DNA of 62,011 bases from Neoconidiobolus thromboides FSU 785. Taxonomy: Eukaryota; Fungi; Entomophthoromycota. A program made the translations under genes and the position numbers. The notes beneath the pieces are model-generated. The model worked only from the letters and a program-made list of their open reading frames with translations. It ran no database searches and was not told the DNA's origin. Shown piece by piece: positions 39,376-52,440 of this stretch (the first letter of the stretch is position 1; each line of letters opens with the position of its first letter). The stretch lies in the NCBI GenBank assembly GCA_025603075.1, contig MU626382.1:1-62011 (forward strand). Reading direction: 5' to 3'.

Positions 39376-40992
39376 TTATAATTTTCCTTGCTGAGTTTTA
39401 ACCTCTTTCCAATCGTATTTTTGACTATTACGCTTATAGCCATTCTTTTCAATGAATTCACTAAGTTCTTTAGGTCCACGTGTACCATAAGCATAAGGTT
39501 TGGATACAATCTTTTTAGCATCAATTTCATGTAAGATAGGTGTAAAGATTCTCCAAGCAGCATCCAACTCATCATTTCTAACGAAATTGGAGTGATTGTC
39601 ATTAAGTACATCTAAAATAAGGGCCTCATAAGCATCAGGGATACGTTGGTTAGGAAATCTTTCTTTATAAGTTAAATCAAGCTCTGAGATAACGGTCTTC
39701 ATTTCTAAACCTGGTAATTTGTTTTGGTATTTAACATAAACAGACTCATTTGGTTGAAGACGAATAACCAATTCATTTCTAGAAACATCTGGGAAAATGT
39801 TTCCTGGTACTTCTCTAAATTGAATACGAACTTCTACTTTATGTTCGTCCAAAGCTAATAATAGATTAATTATTTGAAACATTACTTTGTCTTGCTTAAA
39901 TTACCTTTTCCACTTTTGATGATAAATGGTACTCCTGACCAACGTTCATTATCAATGTGGAGAGAAGTAGCTGCAAAGGTAGGTGCATTAGAGTCTTTAT
40001 CAACGCCAGAATCATCTTTATATCCTGGTTTACTACCATCTTCTGATTTAACATATTGTCCAATTAATACTTGATCAGCAGTAAGTGGCTTAATAGCACG
40101 AAGTACTTTGACCTTTTCATCACGTACATGTTCAGCATCTAATGAGATTGGTTTTTCCATAGCAATATAACATAATACTTGAATAAGATGGTTTTGAATG
40201 ACGTCACGAATGATACCAAATTCATCAAAATAACCACCACGTCCTTCAGTACCAAATGGCTCTTTAAAAGTAATTTGTACATTATCAATAAATGTACGAT
40301 TCCATGCAGCAGAAAAGAATACATTAGCAAATCTTAATGGTAAGATATTTTTTACCATTTCCTTACCAAGGTAATGATCAATACGGTAAATCTAGTTAAA
40401 TTTATAAACAACTAATGAGGAGTTAATAGATTATATTTTACCTCATCTTCTTTCCATAAACTAGATAATTGCTTACCAAGCTCTAAAGAAGACTCTGTAT
40501 CCATACCAAAAGGCTTTTCAACAATAAGACGTACTTTACCATTATCAGTATAGCAGTTATGTTTAAGGCCTTTACCTACTTGACCATAGACAGATGGGGG
40601 TAAAGCAAGGTAAAAGATTCTACGCTTATCTTTTGAATCTTTTTCAAAATCTTCCATTTCTTTAGTTAATTTTTTAAAGTCTTCGTCTTTATCGTAACTT
40701 CCTTTTACATAATGACATAAATCTAAAAACTTCTGAACTTTTTCTTTATCATCGCCTAACTTTTCACTAATTCTTTTATGAAATTCTTCGCGACTCATAT
40801 CTGAACGGGCATACCCAAAAATTTTGGTATTCTCTGGCATATAATCATGTTTAAATACACCAAATAAAGCTGGGAAGGTTTTCTTTTTTGCTAAATCACC
40901 ACTAGCTCCCAATACTAATTTTATTCTTATTAAATATACAGATGAATAAAATAAAGGATAGTCTTACCAACAATAACATTTGACGCAACCAT
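39376..40992 (-). CDS. ZWF1: Glucose-6-phosphate 1-dehydrogenase, 4 exons
   Basis: Exons 40992-40968, 40914-40442, 40391-39905, 39854-39376 give 487 aa with [36 protein letters not shown] and DAYEALILD. Confidence 0.97.
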
Positions 40993-42076
40993 TTTGATAT
41001 TCAAAAATTTACAAGAGTTAAAAAAAATAGTTATTAATAAAAAAAACGTATCAGTATTTATATTCGTGTTTTTAAATGCTATTTTTGCTTTATAATCATC
41101 ATTATTAAAAATTTAAAGTTTTAATAGCGATTTTACTATTTTTAGAAAAGGATGAATTATCATTACATACTAATATTTACCAATAAAATTCGAACTTTGA
41201 TATCGGATTGCAATATAAAGCGCATTTAATTGGTTCTGTTCACTAAAAATATTAGATAAGTTTTTTAGTGTACGTCATTAATTTTTTTAAATTTTATCAT
41301 GATTAGTAAGCTGTTATTATGTTTCTCGAACATTTATAATATAAATCAATTCTTGTAAACTAATAGTATATTGTACAAAATAAAATGGCTTCATTTTAGT
41401 CTTTATTTCTCTCTCAAGGTTTGTTACTAGACTAATTTTTTATAAGCTTTGAAAATTAGTTCTTTTATATCTCAATCGGTTAAATCGATTTATCAGTTTT
41501 TCCTATTATAAGTCCGCTTTCCAGTTTTTCCTAAATTCCTAAATTTATGTTTTTCTCAAATTTTGTTTATTAAAATAGGACTGTATGAATTTTTATTGAA
41601 TGAACTGGATCTACCCAAAAAAAAAATCAAAATTGGGTTACAAAAATCTGACCTGATCTGCCCAAAAAATAGAAAGAAATTAATTGCTTTGATTTAACGA
41701 TGATACCACTATTATTGAAGTTATTAGGAGAAAGATGAATTAATCCAAATCAGAATACTGAGCAAGAGTTGATCAGTTTTATTTAACGAAATTACCAAAA
41801 GCTGGAATATTTAATATAAGAATATAAAATAGATAGAATAATATATTAATGTTCTCATCAGCTTGAAATCGCCTTTAAAATTCCACCAATAGATTATAAC
41901 AACCACTACTTTCACATGACAGAAGAACCAATTTAAAGTTAAACTTTGAAATGGGAGAAGTTTTGGTTTTAAAGTTAACTTTATTTCACTTTTGTGTTTT
42001 ATTTTTTCAATTTAGAATCAACTCTATTTTTTATTATCAATTAATCAACCTAATTTAACAACTAAACTAACATACA

Positions 42077-42430
42077 ATGCGTTCAAGGAGCTACTATAAT
42101 TTATGGCAAAGCAACTTAATGACACAAACCTTATTATGTTCTATCTTTTATTTAATATTATCCTATCAGAACAATCATTATGATAATAATAAGATGTATC
42201 AATTAATCAGTTTACTATCCGTTGGTTTAAGTTTATTTTTAAGTGAATATAAGCTTTGGTTTGTAAATAGTAATGTTAAACTCTACCCCTGGTTGTTTTT
42301 ATTTTTATCTCAATTTTGGTTGATTATCAACCTGGACTTATCGAATCAGATATTTACTATAGCAGATTTATTCTTGTTTCTGACTTCTATAGGAATTACT
42401 TTTTCTTGTTTCTTTGCCGTCCTATGCTAA
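42077..42430 (+). CDS. Hypothetical small multi-pass membrane protein
   Basis: 117-aa ATG ORF with 3-4 hydrophobic segments. A GCTAAC...TAG near 42426-42437 suggests the true structure may be spliced. No family recognised. Confidence 0.35.
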   Translation: MRSRSYYNLWQSNLMTQTLLCSIFYLILSYQNNHYDNNKMYQLISLLSVGLSLFLSEYKLWFVNSNVKLYPWLFLFLSQFWLIINLDLSNQIFTIADLFLFLTSIGITFSCFFAVLC

Positions 42431-43133
42431 CTTACTAGTTGATGAGACCACTACCTCCTTTTACCCTCTCTTTATTCTCCTTTATTACTAAGTGTATTTT
42501 TTTGATATCGATCTTTATCGTCTAATTATTCCTCTTTTTCTTGGTTTTTAAATATTAAATCTAACTTGCCCATATATATAAATATACTTAATTTTATACC
42601 ATTTTTAGTTTATTATTTAACTATCAATTAATTTTATTTGTTTATTATAAAGTTTTGTTATATGGGATCTAATCATAATAAAGTCATTTTTATTTAATTG
42701 GTGAATTTTTTTAGTGTGTGAAGGTTTTTTTCAGATTTAAATTAAAAGATAAATATTAACTTCATCAGTAATAATCATTTTTATCAACCTAATACACTTT
42801 ATTATAGTTTGAACCGTTGATATTTACTAATGTTGTTAATACGTCAATTTCTTTTATTGAAATTTAACTAATATTTAGATTAACAATATTAAAACCTATT
42901 AGCAAATACCTAATCTGGGTTATTTTAACTGATATATTTCTCATAACTTCTGATAATAAGTAAATTACTTAAAGTGAACTAGACTAAGTATATTTTAACA
43001 TCCAGAGAATGGCCTTCGACTAAAATTTTACTTATAAACGCTTGTAAAGAGTTTCATTAAAAGTCGTTTTTAAACCTAAGGGTGCAATCCTAATTTAAAA
43101 ACATAACTCCCTAGTCTTATGGAACTACTATAT

Positions 43134-43232
43134 AGGGATGTTTTTTTTGATTTTATTACTTTTTCCATCCTTTAAGCACTATTTGAGTGGAAATTTTATT
43201 AGTAAAATTCTTAAACATAAAAATACATCACT
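43134..43232 (-). mobile_element. ~98-bp MITE copy
   Basis: Full length, flanks ATAT/ATAC. Confidence 0.82.
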
Positions 43233-43398
43233 ATACATAAAGCTAGCTGTTTTTTTGATATTGCATGATAGTTTACTTATTTTATAATATTGCACTTTTA
43301 ATATCTTTCAGTTCTTTTAAAATCCATAGCTTATATTCCCTGTTTATTATAATGAGATATTCTATAGCAATATAATATGGGATTTGTTAGAAAAATAT

Positions 43399-43497
43399 GG
43401 GGATGTCTTTTTTGGCTTCATCATTTTTTCCATCTTTTAAGCACTATTTGAGTGGAAAAATTGTTAGTGAAATTCTTAAACACAAAAATACATTCCC
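43399..43497 (-). mobile_element. ~98-bp MITE copy
   Basis: Full length, flanks ATAT/ATAT. Confidence 0.85.
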
Positions 43498-44988
43498 ATA
43501 TAAATATGAATTTATTGAGACGTCCAACTAAGGTTTAAATATAGATCATGTCGCCTCTTATTATCCTTCAAAAAAACTTAATACCTTACAGTATCCACTA
43601 TCTCTGCCATATTAGTATTTATCATGATATTATTTATGATTTTATATGTAAGTACTATCTACATATCAAACATTACAACTAAATATTTCAGCTATCTACG
43701 GCTACAAGTTAATAGGTAGTGTATCCCTATGACTATAGATGGGTATGGGGGTTTATAATATCTGGCTTCATATTAGTCACTTATGAAGATTACCATTTCA
43801 AAATATAGCTAGTACAATAAATACATTTCTTGATTGGTCTGCCTTACTTTATAAGTTATTTTATGTTTGTTTTAATGTATTAACTGTAGTTGAATTACAA
43901 CTCGTGTTTATTCACAATAAAACAATTACCAAAAAGATTGAAGCTGACTCTTCATATACCTATTATGGCATTAGTTCAAAAGAAAGCGATATTTTAGATT
44001 AATGGGTTATGATTAACTCCCTATTAGCAGAAGTTTTAATTTTTGTTGCCTTTTTTTTGCGACTCTTATATTTATAATGCTATTAAAATAACTTGTTTGC
44101 GAACTATGAGTAACTGATTTAAAGTGAAAAATGAGGATAAGGATGTATATGCTTACACCTGTATTATTATAGCTTTTTTAGATAATTTAAAAGTCTCAGC
44201 GTTAGCAAAATCTCGGTGGAGTTGAGTATCTTTTCGTTGTGTCGATATTGTTGTCAATAATGTTGTTGTTGAAAATCAACTTTTAATTAAAGTGTTACTA
44301 TTATTTAGCATTGTATAATAAATGCTAAATTGATAGCGTTACTTTATTAGTTTATCTATGCAATTTCATGTACCATTTTTGCCAATACAATATAAGCTAT
44401 TAAGCTGCTTTTTAATGATTTTTATTCTTAATACCACCTTTTAGATATATAGGTCACTAAGTTTAGTGGTAGAGCTTTTGAAGTCAATTGCATCAATAAA
44501 GCCTTTCTTAAAGCTTCAAATAGTAAGCCAGGTGATAAAAAGGTTTCAATGAATATCAAATTCAGTGATAGACAAAAATGATTAAAACCATCCAAATGGG
44601 ACTTAAGATTGGATTTTGATTGTAGGATTAGTAGCTTTTACTCTAATAGACCATTTAATCTACATATACTACTATTCAGAGCGAACCTTTTGAATCTATA
44701 TGTTTACAATAAAAACAAGTCACAGTTTACATTATCATTGATATTTATATTAGGATAGCCAGTATTCAAAATTTATATACTCCCTTCTAAATCATAGTGA
44801 CCCAAAGAGAAAGTAACGAATTAAATCAAAAAAGGAAAAGCTGGTTGAAAATCTATGAAAAAATACAATTTGGGGGTTTTAGACAGAGAGATAAGGGGAT
44901 CCGACTACTTAACTCCTCCATATGACTTGGAAGCGAGAGTCAATGCCAATTTGCATGTTTTGGATATATTGAATTTTGTCTTAAACAT

Positions 44989-45086
44989 GGGGGATGTATT
45001 TTTTCGCTTAAGAATTTTGCTAACAATCTTTCCACTAAAATAGCGCTTAAAAATGAAAAAGTAATGAAGACAAAAAAAACATCACC
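44989..45086 (+). mobile_element. ~98-bp MITE copy
   Basis: Full length, flanks ACAT/ACAT (non-palindromic direct repeat). Confidence 0.85.
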
Positions 45087-45662
45087 ACATAGCTTGTTAA
45101 CTTTTTTAAATTTCAATTATTTTCAAGTATTTTAATATAATTTAATAAAATAAATCTCGTGTTGTTTGAAAATTGTTAAACTATCATATTTATGGAGTGG
45201 ATTAGTTCCTTGCTATAGAAGTCAGAGAGCTATAAACATAATGAAGTATGTGGACTGGGAAGGATGAGAACAATATAAGAACTCAAATCAAAGCATAAAT
45301 TAGTGCTCTAAAAATAATAGAATATAAAAAAGTATGTATATTAGAAGGTACAAATATTTATAGTAAAGAAAATAATAACTATGAATCATGAGCATTTTAA
45401 TTGATATAATGTGAAAAGTATTAACATTTTTTACCTCTATTGCTTATATTAATATGAGATGAGGTTTCAATCACAATTCAAAATTCATAGAGTATTTTAA
45501 TATTGTTAGTATTCAACAGCAGTGGAGCTAAGCCTTTTTTGATGTCGCCTTATTTGAGAAATAGGGATAACTTATTTTAAACTTTACAATAACTTTAATG
45601 GTAGTTTAGTACGTGTTTTTTGTTTAATATTTATGATCCTAAGTATTTTGCAATATTTATAT

Positions 45663-45757
45663 GAGAATGTATTTTTTGTTTAAGAGTTTTGCTAATAATC
45701 TTTTCGCTCAAATAGGGCTTAAAAATGGAAGAAGTGATGGAGCCAAAAAACATCTCT
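45663..45757 (+). mobile_element. ~98-bp MITE copy
   Basis: Near full length, flanks ATAT/ATAT. Confidence 0.8.
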
Positions 45758-46083
45758 ATATCATTTCCCGGTTATCCTTTAATATCGTTATATGCTATTG
45801 ATACAACTAATTCAATAATAAGTTATATAAATCAAGTTTATGGTAATTTTGATTAAATCATCTTTAGAACATTAAGTGTATACCTTTAGCTAAAATCCCA
45901 AAGTTGTTGTGTATTAATTATTTGTTTATTTTTATGTCTGAGCTTTACATATTTAATTATCAACTTGTATAAAGACATAACTATAGATTACATTTCTTGA
46001 TTTAGAACTACATTCATAAATGCATATAAAACCTATAAATTAATTATGCCTTTTTACATCGCCCTTATCAGTAAAAAGTATAT

Positions 46084-46181
46084 GAGGATGTTTTTTTGGC
46101 TTCATTATTTTTTCCACCTTTTAAGCACTATTTGGATGGAAAAATTATTATTAAAATTCTTAAACACAAAAATACATCCCC
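46084..46181 (-). mobile_element. ~98-bp MITE copy
   Basis: Full length, flanks ATAT/ATAT. Confidence 0.85.
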
Positions 46182-47308
46182 ATATGCTAGAGATTGATAT
46201 AACTATAGAAGTAATTCTATTTGAAAGGGTTTATAATCTCTATACACCAATTTAATTAAAGAGAGCAATTAATTTCATAGAGTTAAAGCTTTATAATAGA
46301 AGTAACTTACTTCATTATACATCATTATTTAAACTTATTTTTAGGCGCAAAAACAACCTTTTAGAATGGTTATTTTTATACTTTTGTGCTTTTTTTCTCA
46401 TTTAGATCTATTAAGTATGTAAATAAGGCATATTTTGTAACACAAAACAATTAATTCTCAGATGAATTTATTTCACGATATGTGAAAGGAATATTTTAAA
46501 AAGCCAACCAAGAGGTTGAGGTTTCAATAGCAACTATAATATTTAACCAAGTCTCCTCCCTTCGGTATAGACACCTTGTTAAAAACAATTACTCTATATC
46601 GCTTCATTCAATAGTAATAATGTATTTTAATTTGCTTAATTTATTAAATACATTTACTAAGATTCAACCACTAAAAGGTTAAAAGATGTGGTTTACAGGA
46701 TATTCGTAAAACATATATTGAGGATTATCGATTGCTTTGTCTCTACGTATTTACTATGGTGGATTTGGTTTAACCTCTACTTTAATTTTTGTCCTTTTTA
46801 TCGTTGTGTGTATGGGAACTAATCTTGGTCGCTTAAATGCTACATAGTATTTTACGCTTTATGAAAAAATTATTAATGTCCATTAAGGATGATATGGATA
46901 TTGAGGTTGAAGACAGAGCTGGTTATATAATTAATGATAATATAAGGGAATTTGATATTGTTGAATTATTTGTAAGCGAAAAGAGGAACTTTAAGTGATA
47001 CTAAGAAATAGTAAGGAAAGAAAACAAAAAAATCCCCCCATTTGCAACTTGTGGATCGATTTGTGCTTTTAAAATTTATAATGGGGATAGAAAATAAATG
47101 ATTTTGTATACTTTATTTCCTTTTTGATAGTATTTTTTATGGGTGACTATATTCAAATTTCAATTAATTAATATTAAACCATAAATCATCAGACATATAG
47201 TTTCAATGTTATTTATTTCAATACAAAAAATGTAGTCGCTAGCTCCAAACAGTTACTTGAAATCATTGATTTTAATTTTGATGAAGACCCAAGGATATCG
47301 ATTTTTTA

Positions 47309-47990
47309 GTGGTTATCCTGTTGGATTTAGTATTTATATTTCTATATTACTTTAGGGGGGAGGTAGTTGATTTAACACCAAATATTTTTTCCAATCATTC
47401 GAACAAACTATTGCTTATAAATAATATTAGTTTTAAAGTGAATAAAGGGGAAAATCTGACTATTGTTAGTAACTCTGAAAATAGGAAACCCACTTTAGTT
47501 AAATTGTTAAGCAAATGTTATAGCCCAACATCAGGAGATATTTTTGTTGAGGGAAAAATAACGAATCTCTTGAAAGAGTAGTTAGGTTTTTTTCAGTATT
47601 GATCTCCAAATAATTTGTGCTTCAATTTAAAGTTTACCAATTTATATCGAAAGCCATTCCCTCTTCTCAATGACTCAATCAAATATAATATAAAACATAC
47701 GAGCCTAAATGCCAGTGATTAGGAAACCATGAAGCAGATGGAAAAGCTTATATTCATGAAATGGTTATTAATAAACTTGGAGATTTTGATACAAAAGCTG
47801 AAGGATCAGGTTTAGCTTTATCTGTAGGGGAAATATAAAGATCAGTGCTAGATATTGAATTTCTAATGTTTAAAAAATATGGTAATATACTTATCAGTAG
47901 CTCGTATGCTTTTAAAGAGTTATTTAGCTATCTCATCATTAGATATGTGAGCGAGATATGAGTTTGATTTTGTACATTAATACTACTATT
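47309..47990 (+). pseudogene. Decayed ABC transporter nucleotide-binding domain (ABCB/ATM1-HMT1-like)
   Basis: Broken frames give LINNISFKVNKGENLTIVSNSENRKPTLVKLLSKCYSPTSGDIFVEG (eroded Walker A), PLLNDSIKYNI, and DFDTKAEGSGLALSVGEI* (eroded signature), with stops and frameshifts. Confidence 0.75.
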
Positions 47991-48706
47991 TTAGTATCAC
48001 AGAAAACCTCTTCTAAAAGTTGTTAAAAGATTTAATAAAAAAGAAAACTATAATTAAGTTTCACTTAGGCTTAGAGTCATGAAACACACTGGTTGTATTA
48101 TATGGTAACCAAAACATAATATGATGAGAATTATTGTTACTAACATTCAGTTTGGAGGATAGTAAAATATATAAATAAGGTACCCATGGTAACCTTCCAT
48201 AGCTAAAAAGAGAGAATTATAGGCTTTGAAATAGATACAAGTATTAACAAGTAATATAACAAAAATAAAAAATTGTTGTGTAAAAGTAACTATGCCTTAG
48301 GGTCCATTACATTAATTTGATGTAAGCTTTATAACTATAAGATGGAAAGAAGTTCAAAAATAATGTAAAATTTTCCTTTAATCTAGAGCACCTAAGGTAA
48401 ATTTAAAAAATAGAGCACATAAAAGAACATTGTTTCTTAACTTCTTTGATTAGTTTTATTTTGTCCCTTCGCTTTTAGAATTCTACATAAATAAGCTAGT
48501 TGCTAGCCTTTGGCCTAGTATATATCTTCAAAGGGTTAGGGTAAAAGTTTAATAATATATTATCATAGAATATTTCAATCTTTTTGCATAAATTCGTTCA
48601 ATAAACCAGATTTATTTACAGTAATGAAAGGACATAATATAAAAAATCAAGAATGTGATGTTAAAAATGGGGTGATAATTTATTTATAGATACATATACC
48701 GGCAAT

Positions 48707-50272
48707 TTAATTAGATAAAGAGTGTGTAGAAGAATTTACTGAGCGAACATAGTCATAAGAAAGTGAAGGGTTAGCTTTTTCTGCCTGTCGAAATTCCAGA
48801 TTTTTGGTATAGAATGGATTAGTACGCATATCCTCAGCACTTAAAGTTTTATTTGGGATGCTTTTGTCATTGTTGTATTCACATTTGTTCAATGTATCTT
48901 TGGATTCATTTACTGTGATTGACCCATCTTCATTTTCTTGCAAGCCTAATTGTTCTGGAGTCCACTTATCTTTAACACTGGAAATTGATTGTATCTTAAT
49001 TACTGTTAATAATATCATAGTATTGTAGGCAATTAAAGTGATATCATTTAATATCGAAAAGGAGTTGTGCTGACTTGGGCTATAGCTCAATAGTTTCAGC
49101 AAATGATCGCTTACTAGCAATAAACTAAAAGAGACACGAGTCATTAATATAAACATTGTGAACCATTGTGCGTTAATTAATCTTGCAGTTGCATGAAATA
49201 TTGGGCAAAATTGCATCGCCAAACAGACAAAGGATACTCCCATTATTAATGGTATTATACAAGACAATGAAAATATAAAGTAGTTTAATATGCTATACCA
49301 ATTGGAATTCACAGTATCATATTTTAATGACCATAGATTGTTTAATGCCAATAGTAATATTATTCTTAGTATAATTAACACGTTGATAAGCACCGATTCT
49401 ATTATTGTTGCAACTCTGAATGGCTGTATCTTAACTCTAGTATTCAAACGATACACAATATTTGTCCAATTAAGCACAACCAAAGAATTAATTATTGCTG
49501 CAGGTAGTAATATAACAGTGGAATAAAATGTTACGGTTTGATAAGTACCATTTAATAAACTGGTTAACCAGTCACCACCTAATTGTAAAATCCCGACCAG
49601 CAATAATCCTAATTGTAAACGACCACGAAACTTTGTACGGGAGGCAACAAAACCAGCTAGGATTATTTGAGAGAATATCAATATAAATTTTAGCACTTTA
49701 AATGATATGCTAAATGAGAGTCCATTTATTGAAGTTAAATTATCAGTCCATAAATTGCGACTATCATAGTACAATAAATTTTTATAGTCACTTATTTGGT
49801 TTATATCTATAAAATCTGGTACTAATATATAGCTTATATTGTCATATTTTGTAAACGGGTTATAAACTAATGACGATGGGCTGCCCAATATACGTAGATC
49901 ATCTTTTAAACTGACAATTACTATTGATCCTATTGCTGGATACCCATTCTCAATTAACTTGTTTTGAAATGATAATATGTTGCTTAATGGTGAAATATAG
50001 CTAATGCAGTTTAAATTTGGCTGATATATTATTGTTGTCAATGTTGAATTGTTGTTGCTGCTATTTTTTTTGATATTTTTAGTTTTGAATTCACAACTAC
50101 TGTCATCAAGTTCTGGGATATAAATTTCTTGTACTTTGCCACTATTAATTAAAGTATTCTGATAAAGGTTTATTGAATTATAGGTTAACTCATTGTTATC
50201 GTTTTTAAATATTATTTCAGAATTGATAGCGTTATAGTAGTAAAGTATTGACAATAAATATAATAAATTCAT
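48707..50272 (-). CDS. Signal peptide + ectodomain + 7TM receptor-like protein, paralog 1
   Basis: Intronless 521 aa. Ectodomain motif GYPAIGSIVIVSLKDDLRILGSP shared with 55405 and 58566 ORFs, seven hydrophobic segments, about 90-aa cytosolic tail. Confidence 0.8.
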   Translation of the reverse strand: MNLLYLLSILYYYNAINSEIIFKNDNNELTYNSINLYQNTLINSGKVQEIYIPELDDSSCEFKTKNIKKNSSNNNSTLTTIIYQPNLNCISYISPLSNILSFQNKLIENGYPAIGSIVIVSLKDDLRILGSPSSLVYNPFTKYDNISYILVPDFIDINQISDYKNLLYYDSRNLWTDNLTSINGLSFSISFKVLKFILIFSQIILAGFVASRTKFRGRLQLGLLLVGILQLGGDWLTSLLNGTYQTVTFYSTVILLPAAIINSLVVLNWTNIVYRLNTRVKIQPFRVATIIESVLINVLIILRIILLLALNNLWSLKYDTVNSNWYSILNYFIFSLSCIIPLIMGVSFVCLAMQFCPIFHATARLINAQWFTMFILMTRVSFSLLLVSDHLLKLLSYSPSQHNSFSILNDITLIAYNTMILLTVIKIQSISSVKDKWTPEQLGLQENEDGSITVNESKDTLNKCEYNNDKSIPNKTLSAEDMRTNPFYTKNLEFRQAEKANPSLSYDYVRSVNSSTHSLSN

Positions 50273-52099
50273 TCTAAATAAAATATTTTTTCTATATTAA
50301 AGTCATTTTGAGCATATTTATAGCAAATTAGTTTTTTATTTTTAACCCCATTATTTTATAAGACTGCCCCTGATTTAGCTTATATATTTTATTAACCCTT
50401 AAGAGTTATTTTGCATATTAAAATACCAAAAATGGTTTCTCTTTTGATTAATTTTGAAAAATAACATGATTTCATTTCTATTTAGTTTTCTCTTGTTTTT
50501 AATTTACTCCTTAAATAAATTTATCTTTCACATTAACATCGCTTTATAGAACCGTGTGATCAATATTTAGTATTCGTATTGATACTATAAAAATATAGAT
50601 TATATTATTATAGTAGAAAGCTGCTTTGTTTCTATTTTGTTTCTACTCCCCTCCTTAATTAAAATAGACATCCGTTATTAGCACAAAAGTAGAAAATAAC
50701 AAAATGTAGTCTGCATCCAAGTAAGAAGAAAAAGCTAACTTGCATACAAAATAGTAACTACCCATATTATAACGCTATATATAGAAAAAAAATCCACCCC
50801 GGATTTTAATATACCCAGCTTTTTAATATTGAATTTTATTATTATTTACAAAAGGCTAAAGGATTTTTCAATAAAAATAAAAACAACATTGTCATTAAAG
50901 CTTTGCTAATATTGTATTTTGGTGCATCGTTGATCCTCATATTCATTACTACTGCCACTAACCAAACGTTTTTTTACAAATGAAATGATATAATATAAAA
51001 TGGATAGAGGGTCATAAGCCCAATAGAAATTTAATATTCAATCATCTTATATTAAAATAAATAGTTCCTGAATAAAATTATGAGATGGAAGAAAAAGGCA
51101 ATTTAATATCGAAGCCTTAAATAATGTTCAATAATTAGTAATCTTAGGGTTAAATAATATTTTATATATTTACGTTCCTTAAATAATGATATAATAAACT
51201 CCTATTTGAAACAAAAATAATAATTTCCTATAGATTGTTTACTACAAAAAATCGGACGATATTAAATAAAATTAATAAAATGATACTATTGGTATGAAAT
51301 TTAAATTAAATTCAAGTTTAATATATTACTTCCCTACCCTAGCTTGTCCCAGTTTTATTCATTTAAAACTCGCTAAATTAAACCATAAAGGAGAAAATTA
51401 GAAGAGCTTTTACTCATTTATAAAAATTACCAATGTGATTAAACGAAAATCTCAGCTATAGTTTTACCATGTATTATTAACCTTTATTGATGTATTAAAG
51501 GAGTATTAGAATTTTATTCTTTTCATTTTTTAGGATTATATTACGTGTATGCTATTTGTTCTTTAGAATCGTCATTACATGTATGCTATTTTTTAATAAT
51601 TTTGCATATTGGATTTCTAAGTTTTATGAAATTTATAAAAAGAACCTTCTTTCTAACTTACTAGCTTAACTGTAGTGATCTATAATAAAAATGGGCAACT
51701 ATAAATGAAAATAGCAACTTTGTTTAAGTTATATTGAATTCGCGTATTATTTACCTTCTAATAGTCTTCTAACACATTTCACTATACTATAATTTGATAC
51801 ATATATTTTTAGTCAAATTATTTATTAAAGGTGCAATTTATGTAAAGCTAAAGCAATGTTATTGATTATGAAAGATTTACTAGAGTCAATACAACTTTAA
51901 TAATTGCAAGTTTGCTCATAGACTACTTCCGAAAATAGCAACTGCATTTGAATGAAATGGATAGTTATAAAAATCAATTTAAAAAGACCATCAATAAGAA
52001 AAATTCATTGGCTATAATAGTTTAACATTTAAAGATTAGTAAAGATGTATCAAAAAAATAATTTATTTTATCATATACAATAGTATATGTCAAAAATAA

Positions 52100-52440
52100 T
52101 TAGATATCATTGTATATTTCTACAGACACAAATTCGAAAGGATTATCTAAAATAAGCGAATCATAAGAGTCGAATATAATCTTTCCTTTACATCCGTATT
52201 CGGAGTAAAATGCTACATGAAACTTGCCTGGTATAGATAGCTCTTTGGCTTTTCCAGCTCCACCAAAACATCCAGGGCCTGGTCCAACATAAGCTTTTTC
52301 ACCATTGACTCGAGTTATAACTATAAAATAAATAAGTGCTTACTCAATTATGATCATAATTTTAAATTACCAACTAGATCCTCATTTTGGGCGAAGGTAG
52401 TGGAGGATATTAATAGACTGAAGATAACGAAGAATTTCAT
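52100..52440 (-). CDS. Small secreted Cys-containing protein, GPGPGCFG family member 2, 2 exons
   Basis: Exons 52440-52371 and 52320-52100 (50-nt intron) give 96 aa: MKFFVIFSLLISSTTFAQNEDLVVITRVNGEKAYVGPGPGCFGGAGK...AFYSEYGCKG. Absent from the ORF track. Confidence 0.85.
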
